Shown one piece after another: positions 9,813 through 19,688 of a stretch of 64,000 nt of DNA. The stretch spans positions 128,001 through 192,000 of the forward strand of contig JBGUGD010000016.1 in the NCBI GenBank assembly GCA_041697335.1, read 5' to 3'. The notes beneath the pieces are model-generated. The model was not told the origin of the DNA, searched no databases, and saw nothing but the letters and a program-made list of their open reading frames with translations. The stretch's first letter is position 1; each line of letters begins with the position of its first letter. This DNA comes from Vampirovibrionaceae bacterium NZW_1234 (GTDB lineage: Bacteria > Cyanobacteriota > Vampirovibrionia > Vampirovibrionales > JAGQHJ01). Made by a program: the position numbers and the translations under genes.

Positions 9813-11456
9813 TTGGAGGAGCGACTGATGAGAAGGCTTACTTTGGCAGTCACGAGAGCACTTTTGCTCGGCCAAATTCTCTTGCTCTTCACGTTATGGG
9901 GCTGTCAGGACAAGCGCTTCAAAGAGAAGCACCTGCCGCCGAAAAATGGTGTGTTTCGGATGAACATTGGAACAGAGCCACCCACATTGGATCCAGCCTT
10001 GGCCGATGATCTCATCTCGATGACGGTGTTATCCAACCTGATGCAAGGTCTCACCCAGTATGATACTCAAGGGCGAATCGCTCCCGGTGTTGCCTCCCAT
10101 TGGACTGTTAGCCCCGATGGCACCCATTACCGATTTCATCTTCGTCCTCAGGCCAAATGGAGTGACGGTAAGCCTGTGACTGCCCAGGACTTCGTGGATG
10201 CCTGGCGGCGGGTGCTGTCTCCTCAGACCGGCTCTCACTATGCTTTTCTCTTGTTTGATATTCAAAATGCAAAAGCCTATTATGACGGACAGATAACCAA
10301 TCCCGAGAAATTGGGGCTCAAAGCCATTGATTCTCGTACATTAGACGTGTCACTAGCGCGTCCCACGGCATTTTTCCTTCAGATTGCTGCCTTTTCGATT
10401 ACCTACCCCCAAAGGACAGACAATATCAAACACCATCCGGATACCTTTACAGAAGCCCAGTACAGCATTACAAACGGTGCCTATACACTTGCCCGGTGGG
10501 ATCACGAAAATCAAATCCTCCTTAAGCCTAATCCACACTATTGGGCCGGACCGCCCAAGGTTTCCGGCGTTCAGATGGTCATGATCCCCGAACCCAATAC
10601 CAGCCTGATCATGTACGAAAACAATGAGCTGGACTTTATTGAAACCACCAGCAGCCTACCCGCAAAAGAGGTGCGCCGATTAAAGTATCGCCCAGATTAT
10701 TATCAGAAACCTCTTCATGCGGTCTCCTATATGGGATTCAACGTGAGCAAAGCTCCCTTTAATGACGTTCGAGTCAGGAAAGCCTTTATCCAGGCCTTCG
10801 ATCGAACAGCTATTGCAAAAATCTTTCAAGCAGGAGAACAGCCGACCACCTCTCTGATCTCTCCCGGTATGGTCGCCCATAACCCTAACATTGGCCTACC
10901 TTTTAATGTTGAGGAAGCGAAAAAGCATTTAGCAGAGGCTGGTTACCCCAATGGAAAAGGCTTTCCACCTGTTGAGCTCCTATTTGCCAGTACCAGCCCA
11001 GAAACTCGACAATTGTCCGAATTGGCTCAATTTGAATGGCACCATCACCTGAATGTTCCCATTACTTTAAAAGCCGTCGAGTGGAAGGTATTCCTGAGTC
11101 AACTGGACAGCGACCCTCCCGCTTTATTTCGTCTGCAATGGTATGTGGATTACCCTGACCCGGATAGCTTTATGAATCTTATGCTGGCTGAGAACGGGAA
11201 TAATCATACACGCTGGCATCACCCCCAGTACGAACGCTGGGTCAAGGAAGCAGCCATTACGAAAGCCCCCGAAAAGCGCAAAGAACTTTACGACAAGGCA
11301 CAGCGACTCTTATTGGAAGATGAAGCTGCATTCATGCCGCTGTACGTCATCCCGAAAAGCTATTTACTCAAACCTTATGTACGAGGTTTCCGACTTAACA
11401 CCCTTAATGTGCCGTCATTAGAGGATCTTTACTGGCAAACCGCAGCCCTCAATTAA
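9813..11456 (+). CDS. oppA: peptide ABC transporter substrate-binding lipoprotein (OppA family)
   Basis: Lipobox LWGC and motifs EPPTLDP, WSDGKPVTAQDF and WYVDYPDP. The start may be the downstream ATG at 9828. Confidence 0.88.
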   Translation: MEERLMRRLTLAVTRALLLGQILLLFTLWGCQDKRFKEKHLPPKNGVFRMNIGTEPPTLDPALADDLISMTVLSNLMQGLTQYDTQGRIAPGVASHWTVSPDGTHYRFHLRPQAKWSDGKPVTAQDFVDAWRRVLSPQTGSHYAFLLFDIQNAKAYYDGQITNPEKLGLKAIDSRTLDVSLARPTAFFLQIAAFSITYPQRTDNIKHHPDTFTEAQYSITNGAYTLARWDHENQILLKPNPHYWAGPPKVSGVQMVMIPEPNTSLIMYENNELDFIETTSSLPAKEVRRLKYRPDYYQKPLHAVSYMGFNVSKAPFNDVRVRKAFIQAFDRTAIAKIFQAGEQPTTSLISPGMVAHNPNIGLPFNVEEAKKHLAEAGYPNGKGFPPVELLFASTSPETRQLSELAQFEWHHHLNVPITLKAVEWKVFLSQLDSDPPALFRLQWYVDYPDPDSFMNLMLAENGNNHTRWHHPQYERWVKEAAITKAPEKRKELYDKAQRLLLEDEAAFMPLYVIPKSYLLKPYVRGFRLNTLNVPSLEDLYWQTAALN

Positions 11457-14400
11457 GCGATGCATTTAATAACAGTGATTTTGCTTCTGCATAGCCCGGT
11501 TTCTGCAGCCACTGAGGTGTAACAGACTCTTGCCGCTCCAAATCTGTACGTAACAATTGGCGTTGTTCAGATGATAAAGCCAAGGCTTTTATGGCCTCGT
11601 GCATTGTTGATAGGTTAGCCAACTCAGGCCTTTTTCTCATCCATTGGAGCCACAGCTTGGCAACAGACAGTTTTTTCTCCGGTGAAATCCCTAACTGTGT
11701 CATCAAAGATGCTAAATTGCCCAGTGTTTTTGGGTCATGCGTCCGCTTACCAGTTCGAACCTCCTTTGCAGCATCGAAAATATGCTGCCTCACCAGCCGC
11801 TTGTGAACAGGAGCCGTCACCATGGCGAGATCCGCCTTGGCCAATGCTTCGATCGCCAAGGCTCGAATGCGGCTTGATGGACTGTCTGGCACTGTAACCC
11901 GATCCGTCTGCTGTAGAAAATACGTTACTCCTTGATGCAGTCGATCCAGCAAGGCTCTTTGGGCCAAATGCTCCTCAGGATTAAAACGCGACTTCAGCTC
12001 TGTAACCAGCCGGGATACCTGTCTTTCCACTCGCCGATGCTGCGATGCAGGGAGCGAGGGTAGAGCCTCAAGATGCCGACGTAGCTGAAGTAAACGTTTT
12101 AAGCCCTTTTGATCTGAAACAAGCCCTATCGGTAGGGTAAACCCTGTTTCCAACAAAGAAATTAACTCTTTCGGTGGTATGACCTGAAACTGAGGATAGG
12201 TTTGGAAGACTTGCAAAGACGCTTCAAAGTCTTGACGGCGCTCTTCTGGCAAGCGTTGACGATAATCAACGTTAGCAAAATCAGCAATCACATTGAGCTT
12301 ATGTAACCGCTTCAGCGCCTGATTGGTTAAAGGTGGCACCGTTAATTGGTGCGCCCAATCCAGCATTCTACTCTGAAACATCTTATCCAATTTTTGGAAC
12401 CCGGGTGACTCATAGTGAGTCAAGGCAACCAGTTGCTCGAAGCTCTTGGGATTGGCCAAACGACCATCTTCGTTTTTACGAATACCTATCTCGGCTATTA
12501 GGGCTGCAGCCGCCATCTGTTCAGCCTTATAGGCTTGGTAGGCTTGAGACCAATCCGTATCTCCCAAAGGAAGAATATCGGGCGCAAACAAAACAGCTTG
12601 CAAAGCTGGTAACTGTGCATCCGTAACACCAGCTGCTTTAGGGGATACCGATTGAAGCAACTGGCTACCTTGAGTCCGCAATAGGGTCAGCGCTTTAACA
12701 TAGAGTGCATTGGCCATAGTGGGACGCATAAGCGTTCCTCGCGTCAAGGCATACTGAGATTCACGATGCAAAGTAACCTGAGCCTCTCGGGCTTGCTGAT
12801 ACAGCTCTATATTCCACCCGGAATCCATAGCGGACCGGGGAATACGAAAAGGTTTTAAATGGGTATCTTCATCCGCTGCTTTTTCCAAGCCACCGAATCC
12901 ATCTTTCGACAGCGCTCTCAATCGTTCTAAGGTGGGGACAACGGCATTTGCATCACCTAAAGCCTGCTGCAGTTGAGATGAAGCAGTCTGCAAGTACACA
13001 TCGTCATCATCTGCATTGAAATAACCGTCTTCTTGAAAGACTTGAAACCACTCGGCCAAAAGCTTCTCCGGCGGCTCATCCAAGAGCTGCAACTGGGTCA
13101 ACGGCTGCAAATCTTTAATCACTGACTCATCAAACAACGCCTTGACCGACTTACCCTCCAATCGAGCCAGCAAGGCCTGGCGATAGAGATTACTAAAACG
13201 ATCCTCTGGATCCAGATAGTGGGAAACCGTTACATTTCCCGCTTTCGTCGGCAGAACCACTTCAGGTTTGGGATGCATCATCCCCTGGTTCAAAACCGTT
13301 TTAAGACGATTTGATAGATCCGGGGATGCTTTTATCCCAGCCAGAATGCGCTGGTCCATCAAGAGACCCATCAAGGTCCTCTCTGTGCAAGCTGCGTACC
13401 CAACAGCCTCGAATTTATCTGGAGTCGACGACGCCAGAAGATCAATTAATTGGGCTGCTCCTTCCGGCTTTGCCGCCAGAGCCTTTAAGAGAGAACGATC
13501 CAGGGGCTGAAGCAGGCCTGAAGAAGATGGGTTTAGTTGCGGGCCTTTTTTGAGAAGGGTCACCAAATGTTTCTGCATGGGCGCAGTCTCACCCAACACA
13601 GGCTGCTCTAAGTGTGCTAAGACTTGTCGTATCCCTTGCTCCAACAGAAGTCGATCATCACTCTCATGAGAGGGCTCAGATATGGCCGGTGTGGCCAAGT
13701 TGGCATTCAGGGAAGATACCAATCCTTGTTCAACGACCAGGGCTCGGGTCTCCGAGGTTAATAAACTATAGAGGGCCAAAGCTCGAATTCCCGGACTTGC
13801 GGGAGAGGCGGCCGAAGAAGTCAAGCCATGGTTCATTAAATCGCCCACCACAACAGCTAAGGCTTGAGGCATACCATTTTGCGCCATCCCAACAAGCGCA
13901 TTGGAAGCTGAAAGTGCCACATCCGGGTCAGGATTGTCCACTAAGGTTCTTAAAGCAGGGACAACTCGAAACGTACCTTCCTCAAAAGCCTGCTGAATCG
14001 TGTCCAACAAAGTGGCTTTAGGTTGATCAGGTTTCAAACGTTGCTTTATCGAATGATCCAAATAAATTTGGGCGGCGCGCCCAGCCAAACTGGATGCAAA
14101 AGCCTGCTGCTGTCGAAACTGCTGTTCTCGGTAAGCCTGAACATCACTTCCGGCAGAAAACGGCTCGTTGGGAGTATGGGCCGAGAGCACATTCTCCCGT
14201 AAACGTCGTAATTGGCTTTGTATATCTGCTTCAGGATAAACCTGAAGCGCATACCCACGAACATCGGACAAGGACGCATCCATAAAGACTTCAACAAAGG
14301 CCTCCAAAGCCCGAGGCTCCCCCCGTGCTGCCATCTCTACAATGGCGTCCACGGCATCAAAACGTTGCTCGGGCGTGAGGTTCGGATCTAAAGCCCAAGG

Positions 14401-15156
14401 TAAAATATCCGGAGTCAAGGCATCGCTGGCCTCATCGCTGGCTCTCTGAAAGATAGGGGCTCGCTGCGCTGGTGTGGATGCCCCTTGAAGCGCTTCACGA
14501 ATTTGTCGGTCTATAATTGTCTGACGGGCCTGACCCAAGAGACTCGATGCATAGGCCGGTGACTGACTGCGCAATCGCACATGACCAGGAATGTCTCGAG
14601 CTTTCAAGAGTTTATCTCGGGTCACCATGGATTCCGGCACCTTGGATTCCAAAGCTTCCAACAAGGCACGGTTAGTCACCATCGCCTGCTCACAATGGTT
14701 TCGAACAAAGCCTGGTGCATGGGGCAAAATAATGCGAACCAATGCCTCTTGGCTGGCCTCTTGCCCACGTCCTGCCATCATAATTAGGGCATCAGCCGTG
14801 GTCAAGGCAACATTCTGTTCTTCATGGGTCAGCAATGGCAGAAGAACATTCACCAGCTCTCCACTTCCCTCTTCACCTGCACGGTAAATGGCTGCCAACA
14901 GACCCATGTGCTCATGGTTATTTAAATGTCCTTTTTTTCGATAATGCCGAAGCTGTTGCTTTAATTGCTGATCCACAGTTACAGTTGAGGTCCCATGGCC
15001 TTCTGGAAGCCCGGACTCGGCTGTAGGCTCCTCAGGTAAAGATGGGTCTGAAGGGTTACTCCTAAAGCGTGGCACCCCCAAATCGGCCGCTTTTGTTTTT
15101 GTACCCAAGCGTTTCTCCAGAACACTTGTCAAACCCACATGCCACTGGCTCATCAC
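11449..15156 (-). CDS. large hypothetical alpha-helical protein with HEAT-like repeats
   Basis: 1235-aa ORF with AGGAG RBS. Repeated units: LLTHEEQNVALTTADALIMMAGRG, QRFDAVDAIVEMAARG, LVDNPDPDVALSASNALVGMAQNG. Confidence 0.75.
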   Translation of the reverse strand: MMSQWHVGLTSVLEKRLGTKTKAADLGVPRFRSNPSDPSLPEEPTAESGLPEGHGTSTVTVDQQLKQQLRHYRKKGHLNNHEHMGLLAAIYRAGEEGSGELVNVLLPLLTHEEQNVALTTADALIMMAGRGQEASQEALVRIILPHAPGFVRNHCEQAMVTNRALLEALESKVPESMVTRDKLLKARDIPGHVRLRSQSPAYASSLLGQARQTIIDRQIREALQGASTPAQRAPIFQRASDEASDALTPDILPWALDPNLTPEQRFDAVDAIVEMAARGEPRALEAFVEVFMDASLSDVRGYALQVYPEADIQSQLRRLRENVLSAHTPNEPFSAGSDVQAYREQQFRQQQAFASSLAGRAAQIYLDHSIKQRLKPDQPKATLLDTIQQAFEEGTFRVVPALRTLVDNPDPDVALSASNALVGMAQNGMPQALAVVVGDLMNHGLTSSAASPASPGIRALALYSLLTSETRALVVEQGLVSSLNANLATPAISEPSHESDDRLLLEQGIRQVLAHLEQPVLGETAPMQKHLVTLLKKGPQLNPSSSGLLQPLDRSLLKALAAKPEGAAQLIDLLASSTPDKFEAVGYAACTERTLMGLLMDQRILAGIKASPDLSNRLKTVLNQGMMHPKPEVVLPTKAGNVTVSHYLDPEDRFSNLYRQALLARLEGKSVKALFDESVIKDLQPLTQLQLLDEPPEKLLAEWFQVFQEDGYFNADDDDVYLQTASSQLQQALGDANAVVPTLERLRALSKDGFGGLEKAADEDTHLKPFRIPRSAMDSGWNIELYQQAREAQVTLHRESQYALTRGTLMRPTMANALYVKALTLLRTQGSQLLQSVSPKAAGVTDAQLPALQAVLFAPDILPLGDTDWSQAYQAYKAEQMAAAALIAEIGIRKNEDGRLANPKSFEQLVALTHYESPGFQKLDKMFQSRMLDWAHQLTVPPLTNQALKRLHKLNVIADFANVDYRQRLPEERRQDFEASLQVFQTYPQFQVIPPKELISLLETGFTLPIGLVSDQKGLKRLLQLRRHLEALPSLPASQHRRVERQVSRLVTELKSRFNPEEHLAQRALLDRLHQGVTYFLQQTDRVTVPDSPSSRIRALAIEALAKADLAMVTAPVHKRLVRQHIFDAAKEVRTGKRTHDPKTLGNLASLMTQLGISPEKKLSVAKLWLQWMRKRPELANLSTMHEAIKALALSSEQRQLLRTDLERQESVTPQWLQKPGYAEAKSLLLNASLN

Positions 15157-15408
15157 AACACTCCTATTACACCTTGCTCATTTTTACCGAGGTTTGCTCC
15201 TCGGCTCCTAACCTCGCAGGGTCAAGCCCCACGGCGGGTTTGAGATCAAAAGCGACCTCATGATGGCATAAACCCCGCACAAATACCATGGTTCTAAAAC
15301 AACGCCACAATCGAAAATGCCGTTTTCATTCTGAATATGACAAAATGTGACAGACGCCGTGGAAGCTGGCCCATGGTTTTCTAAAAATGCTTTGGATAGA
15401 ATACAACT

Positions 15409-16410
15409 ATGGAACGCTATAAAGTCACCCTATCGCCCCTGTTTCAGGATCAAGCCCGTGTGGCCCTCATGGATCTTGGAAACTGGCAGGAAAAAACCGA
15501 GCAGAATTGTCGTTACCGCCTGGACTGGACAACTCCCCAAGGCTGGGTTCGAGTTAAACAGTTTACGAACGGCACATTTTATCTTGAAGCGACAGACGCA
15601 AGCGCTTATTTGCAGGTACTTTCCAAAATTCAAGCATTGACCGGTCAATGTGTAGCCCCCGCCACCCCAGCATCTACCCTGAACACGAATCACTCAAACA
15701 AGGGTAAGGTGACCTCAATCCGGTCCGAAACCCGAGGTCTTATTGCCTTGGACGTTCCCTATATTGGCACGGATGAATCCGGCAAAGGGGATTATTTTGG
15801 GCCCTTGGTTATTGCCGGTGTTTATACTACTCCTGAAAACACCGAAGCCCTCTTACAGCTAGGTGTAATGGACAGTAAACTTTTGAAAGATGGCCAGATG
15901 GCTCAAATTGCCGTCGCCATTCAGAACCTGGTGGGCCCCACCGGCTTTGACATCATCGAAATTGGCCCCAAGCGTTACAACGAACTGTATGACAAGTTCA
16001 AACAGAGCGGGAAAAACCTAAATCACCTACTAGCCTGGGGCCATGCCCGAGTGCTGGAGAACTTGCTGAGTAAAAACCCCAACTGCACTCATGCAATAGC
16101 GGATCAATTCGGTAGCGAACATTACATCAAAACTCAGCTACAGACACGGGGCAAAGGGATTGAACTCCACCAAACCCCTAAGGCCGAAGCCAATCTTGGG
16201 GTGGCAGCAGCGAGTATCTTAGCCCGGGTCCGCTTTGTCCAAAAACTCAAAGCGCTTGGACATCAATACAATACAGATCTCCCGCCAGGCGCGGGTTCCC
16301 AGGTTCTAACAAGAGCCAAAAGTCTAGTAGCTACTTATGGACCCGATATTTTAAGCCAAATTGCCAAACTGCACTTTAAGACGACAGAAACGGTCTGTAA
16401 TAAAACGTGA
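15409..16410 (+). CDS. rnhC: ribonuclease HIII
   Basis: Motifs IGTDESGKGDYFGPLV, GVMDSK, DQF, VAAASILAR and AKLHFKT, plus an N-terminal extension. Confidence 0.92.
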   Translation: MERYKVTLSPLFQDQARVALMDLGNWQEKTEQNCRYRLDWTTPQGWVRVKQFTNGTFYLEATDASAYLQVLSKIQALTGQCVAPATPASTLNTNHSNKGKVTSIRSETRGLIALDVPYIGTDESGKGDYFGPLVIAGVYTTPENTEALLQLGVMDSKLLKDGQMAQIAVAIQNLVGPTGFDIIEIGPKRYNELYDKFKQSGKNLNHLLAWGHARVLENLLSKNPNCTHAIADQFGSEHYIKTQLQTRGKGIELHQTPKAEANLGVAAASILARVRFVQKLKALGHQYNTDLPPGAGSQVLTRAKSLVATYGPDILSQIAKLHFKTTETVCNKT

Positions 16411-16417
16411 GAACGCT

Positions 16418-17167
16418 TTAATGTACCGAGGATGGTAATAAAGACTCAATTACAATATCTCGGACAAACGATTTATCTGGTTGCTTGAGGGCATAGCGAA
16501 CTGCTTCGGCTACATTTTCCGGATCCAGCATCTTGCTGTAGTCCGGCGTGTCATGATCACGTAACTGATACTGCAATGGGGTATGGACCTCACCAGGGTA
16601 GATCCCCAAAACTTTGATATTATTCATCCGTTGCTCATCCGCAACACACTGGGTCAAGGCCTTCAACCCAAACTTGGAAGCACAATAGACGCTGGAGTAA
16701 GCAAAAGGAATAGAGCCCGCAATCGAGTTAATATTGACAATCGTCCCACCCTCACCTTGGTGAATCATGTGAGGAAGGACAGCTTTCATCAGATACATGG
16801 GGCCTTTCAAGTTGATATCAATGGTTTTATCAATATCAGAAACCGATAATTCCTGAAATAATTGGAATTTTGGGGCAACTCCAGCATTGTTCACAACAAT
16901 GTCCACACGACCCCAGAGATCCAATGTAGCGTGGACCAAGGAATGAACCGCCTCAGCATCACTTACATCAGCAGGAAAGACCATCAGCTGAGCCGTCGGA
17001 TGTTTGGCAAGTACATCGCGCTGGACTGCGTGTAAATCCGCTGCCGTTCTGGCAGTCATCATTACCTTGACACCTTCATCAGCCAACATGGCGACCAAAG
17101 CCGCCCCAATGCCCTTACCAGCGCCAGTTACAATGGCCACTTGATCCTGTAAACTGAGTGTCGTCAT
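16418..17167 (-). CDS. SDR oxidoreductase, likely bacterial sepiapterin reductase-like
   Basis: Motifs TGAGKGIG, RTAADL, NNAGV and SSVYCASKFG. Lies downstream of two PTPS genes. Confidence 0.8.
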   Translation of the reverse strand: MTTLSLQDQVAIVTGAGKGIGAALVAMLADEGVKVMMTARTAADLHAVQRDVLAKHPTAQLMVFPADVSDAEAVHSLVHATLDLWGRVDIVVNNAGVAPKFQLFQELSVSDIDKTIDINLKGPMYLMKAVLPHMIHQGEGGTIVNINSIAGSIPFAYSSVYCASKFGLKALTQCVADEQRMNNIKVLGIYPGEVHTPLQYQLRDHDTPDYSKMLDPENVAEAVRYALKQPDKSFVRDIVIESLLPSSVH

Positions 17168-17200
17168 CGTAATTTTTTATCCTCGTTCTGGTTTGCCTCG

Positions 17201-17614
17201 TTAAATACTATCCTGAGCAACCGCCTCAGCCCAGTTTTGATCGGATTCAAACAGGCGAACTCGAAATAAACGAGCCGGTTCAGGAATGGCGGGTTGAAGC
17301 CGTTCAAAGAAAATTACAACGACATTTTCCACCGTGGTTAAGACGTCCTTGAGGAAGGGAACATCCTGCTCCAAAAAGCGATGATCCACGTGAGTCAATA
17401 TGACCTCTTGCACAATAGCGTCTAAGACAGGCAGGTTAATGATCATCCCGGTCACTGGATCAGGCAGACCCATCACGGTCACTTCTAGTTTGTAATTATG
17501 GCCATGTGTGCGAATACACATGCCAAAGGCCTGTTCGTTTTCCTCGGATGATAACGCCGCATTCCAGAGGCGGTGGGCTGCAGAGAAACTGTAGCATTTT
17601 GTAATGGTCAACAT
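17201..17614 (-). CDS. 6-pyruvoyl-/6-carboxy-tetrahydropterin synthase (C-x3-HGH motif)
   Basis: Motifs FSAAHRL, FGMCIRTHGHNY, DH..L and TTVEN. Confidence 0.9.
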   Translation of the reverse strand: MLTITKCYSFSAAHRLWNAALSSEENEQAFGMCIRTHGHNYKLEVTVMGLPDPVTGMIINLPVLDAIVQEVILTHVDHRFLEQDVPFLKDVLTTVENVVVIFFERLQPAIPEPARLFRVRLFESDQNWAEAVAQDSI

Positions 17615-18058
17615 TCAAACCATCACCCCATCGTACTCAACAAATAAGTCGGGATTTTCTGTCACCTTGATACGATGCAAAATCAACCCTTTCTGGCCAA
17701 TAGCCGGTGCCAACTGTTCCCAAATATAACAGGCTATGTTTTCTAACGTGGGGATACGGGCGGCAAAAAAGGGCACCTGGGTATTTAAATTTTTGTGATC
17801 CAAGGGTTCAATAATCAAAGCTTTTAACAAGGGATCCAGCTCAAAAAAGTTGATAAGCATGCCTGTTTTCTGATGAATAGGTCCATCTAGAATCACATCC
17901 ACCAGATAATTATGCCCATGGCCTTCCTGGTTGGCACATAGACCAAAAATGTCATGGTTCTGAGCATCGGGCCAGCCCGGGTGCCAGTAATGATGGGCCG
18001 CCGAAAAGGCAATCTGCTTGGCTAAAAAGGGCATGACACGTCCTGACTCTGATGACAT
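17615..18058 (-). CDS. 6-pyruvoyl-tetrahydropterin synthase (C-x5-HGH motif)
   Basis: Motifs FSAAHH, FGLCANQEGHGHNY, LDHKNLN and PTLENIA. Start moved to the ATG at 18058; 18034 is also possible. Confidence 0.88.
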   Translation of the reverse strand: MSSESGRVMPFLAKQIAFSAAHHYWHPGWPDAQNHDIFGLCANQEGHGHNYLVDVILDGPIHQKTGMLINFFELDPLLKALIIEPLDHKNLNTQVPFFAARIPTLENIACYIWEQLAPAIGQKGLILHRIKVTENPDLFVEYDGVMV

Positions 18059-18185
18059 CGTCTTTCTAATTCTAGGGCAAAGCGGCCTCAAAGTCAGCAA
18101 AACCCTCAGACTTGATTTCAACCTATGTGAACGATAGAATTACCCACACTGATCTATTTGACTTACTATCAGGAGTGTCCAACCT

Positions 18186-18479
18186 ATGAAATCCGGGATT
18201 CACCCAGAATACCATGCCGTTGAAGCCACCTGCGTTTGCGGCAACGTTATCTTAACCGGCTCCACCAGCAAAGCCGTCAAAATGGATATTTGCAGCGCCT
18301 GCCACCCGTTCTTTACCGGTACCCAAAAGATTATCGATACCGAGGGTCGGGTTGAGAAATTCAAAAAGCGCTACACCCAATCAGAAAACCTTCGCAAATC
18401 CAATAAAAAAGGCGCGAAAGCCGAGCCTGCGGCGGATGCTCCTGAAACCCCGGCCGCTGAAACAAACACGGAAGCATAG
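18186..18479 (+). CDS. rpmE: 50S ribosomal protein L31 (Zn-binding type)
   Basis: Motifs [23 protein letters not shown] and GRVEKF. AGGAG RBS. Confidence 0.97.
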   Translation: MKSGIHPEYHAVEATCVCGNVILTGSTSKAVKMDICSACHPFFTGTQKIIDTEGRVEKFKKRYTQSENLRKSNKKGAKAEPAADAPETPAAETNTEA

Positions 18480-18584
18480 CCTTATTGCCGCTCCTGCCTG
18501 TTGCGACCACCCCTGGTCGTAATCTCTTGGGCCGGGTAGAATAATAAGGGTATGACGTGTTAACAGCAGATTCGGCGCCGCATA

Positions 18585-19676
18585 ATGCAACAACTGATTG
18601 ATAAAATGGAAGAGGTCGAAAAGACCTATCACGCCCTGGGTGAACAATTGTCTCAGCCGGAAATCTTGGCTGACTCCAACAAGCTTCGCGACATCTCTAA
18701 ACGTCGCGCCGCTTTGGAAAGCACGATGGAGGTCTTTCAAGACTGGAAACAAACCCAGGCAGACCTCAATGATTCGCGTGAACTGCTTCACGGCGAAACG
18801 GACGGCGAGATGCGAGAGTTTTTGCAAAACGAAATCGTTCGTCTGGAAAGCAAAATTGAAAACCTGGTTGAGAAGATGCGGGTCCTCTTGTTGCCACGAG
18901 ATCCGATGGATGACAAGGATATTATGTTGGAAATTCGCGGCAGTGCCGGTGGGGATGAAGCCAACATCTTTGCCGCCGACTTGATGCGAATGTACATGCG
19001 CTATGCCTCTGATGTAGGTTGGCGAACTGAAATCATCAGCGTCTCAGACAATGAGCTGGGCGGTGTTAGTGAGGTCATCATTGCGATTAAGGGTGACAAC
19101 GTCTATAGTCGTCTTAAATACGAATCCGGCGTTCATCGTGTCCAACGGGTTCCGGTTACCGAATCCCAGGGCCGGGTTCATACCAGCACTGCCACCGTCG
19201 CGGTAATGCCGGAAGTAGAAGATGTATCCATCGAAATTAACCCCAATGACATTGAAATTCAGACCACGCGAAGCGGTGGTGCTGGAGGACAGAATGTTAA
19301 CAAGGTAGAAACTGCCGTTCGCCTCTTCCACAAACCATCCGGAATCCAGGTACACTGTACAGAAGAGCGTAGCCAACTTCAGAACAAAGAACGGGCCATG
19401 CAAATTCTGAAGGCCAAGCTTTATGACCTGGAATTGCAGAAGCAGATGAAAGAAATTACGGACTTACGTCGCTCCCAGGTAGGCACCGGAGACCGGAGTG
19501 AGCGGATCCGCACCTACAATTTTCCCCAAGACCGGGTCACGGATCACCGGATTGGTCAAAACTTTCCGTTAACTCCGATTATCAATGGCGAACTGGCCCC
19601 TGTGTTAGATGCCTTACAACAAGCGGACCAAAAAGCGAAGCTGGAAAAGCTGGCTGAATCGGCCCCTGTGGGCTAG
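18585..19676 (+). CDS. prfA: peptide chain release factor 1
   Basis: GGQ motif, PVT specificity motif (VPVTES) and ERIRTYNF. Confidence 0.98.
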   Translation: MQQLIDKMEEVEKTYHALGEQLSQPEILADSNKLRDISKRRAALESTMEVFQDWKQTQADLNDSRELLHGETDGEMREFLQNEIVRLESKIENLVEKMRVLLLPRDPMDDKDIMLEIRGSAGGDEANIFAADLMRMYMRYASDVGWRTEIISVSDNELGGVSEVIIAIKGDNVYSRLKYESGVHRVQRVPVTESQGRVHTSTATVAVMPEVEDVSIEINPNDIEIQTTRSGGAGGQNVNKVETAVRLFHKPSGIQVHCTEERSQLQNKERAMQILKAKLYDLELQKQMKEITDLRRSQVGTGDRSERIRTYNFPQDRVTDHRIGQNFPLTPIINGELAPVLDALQQADQKAKLEKLAESAPVG

Positions 19677-19688
19677 GAGCCCATCTGG

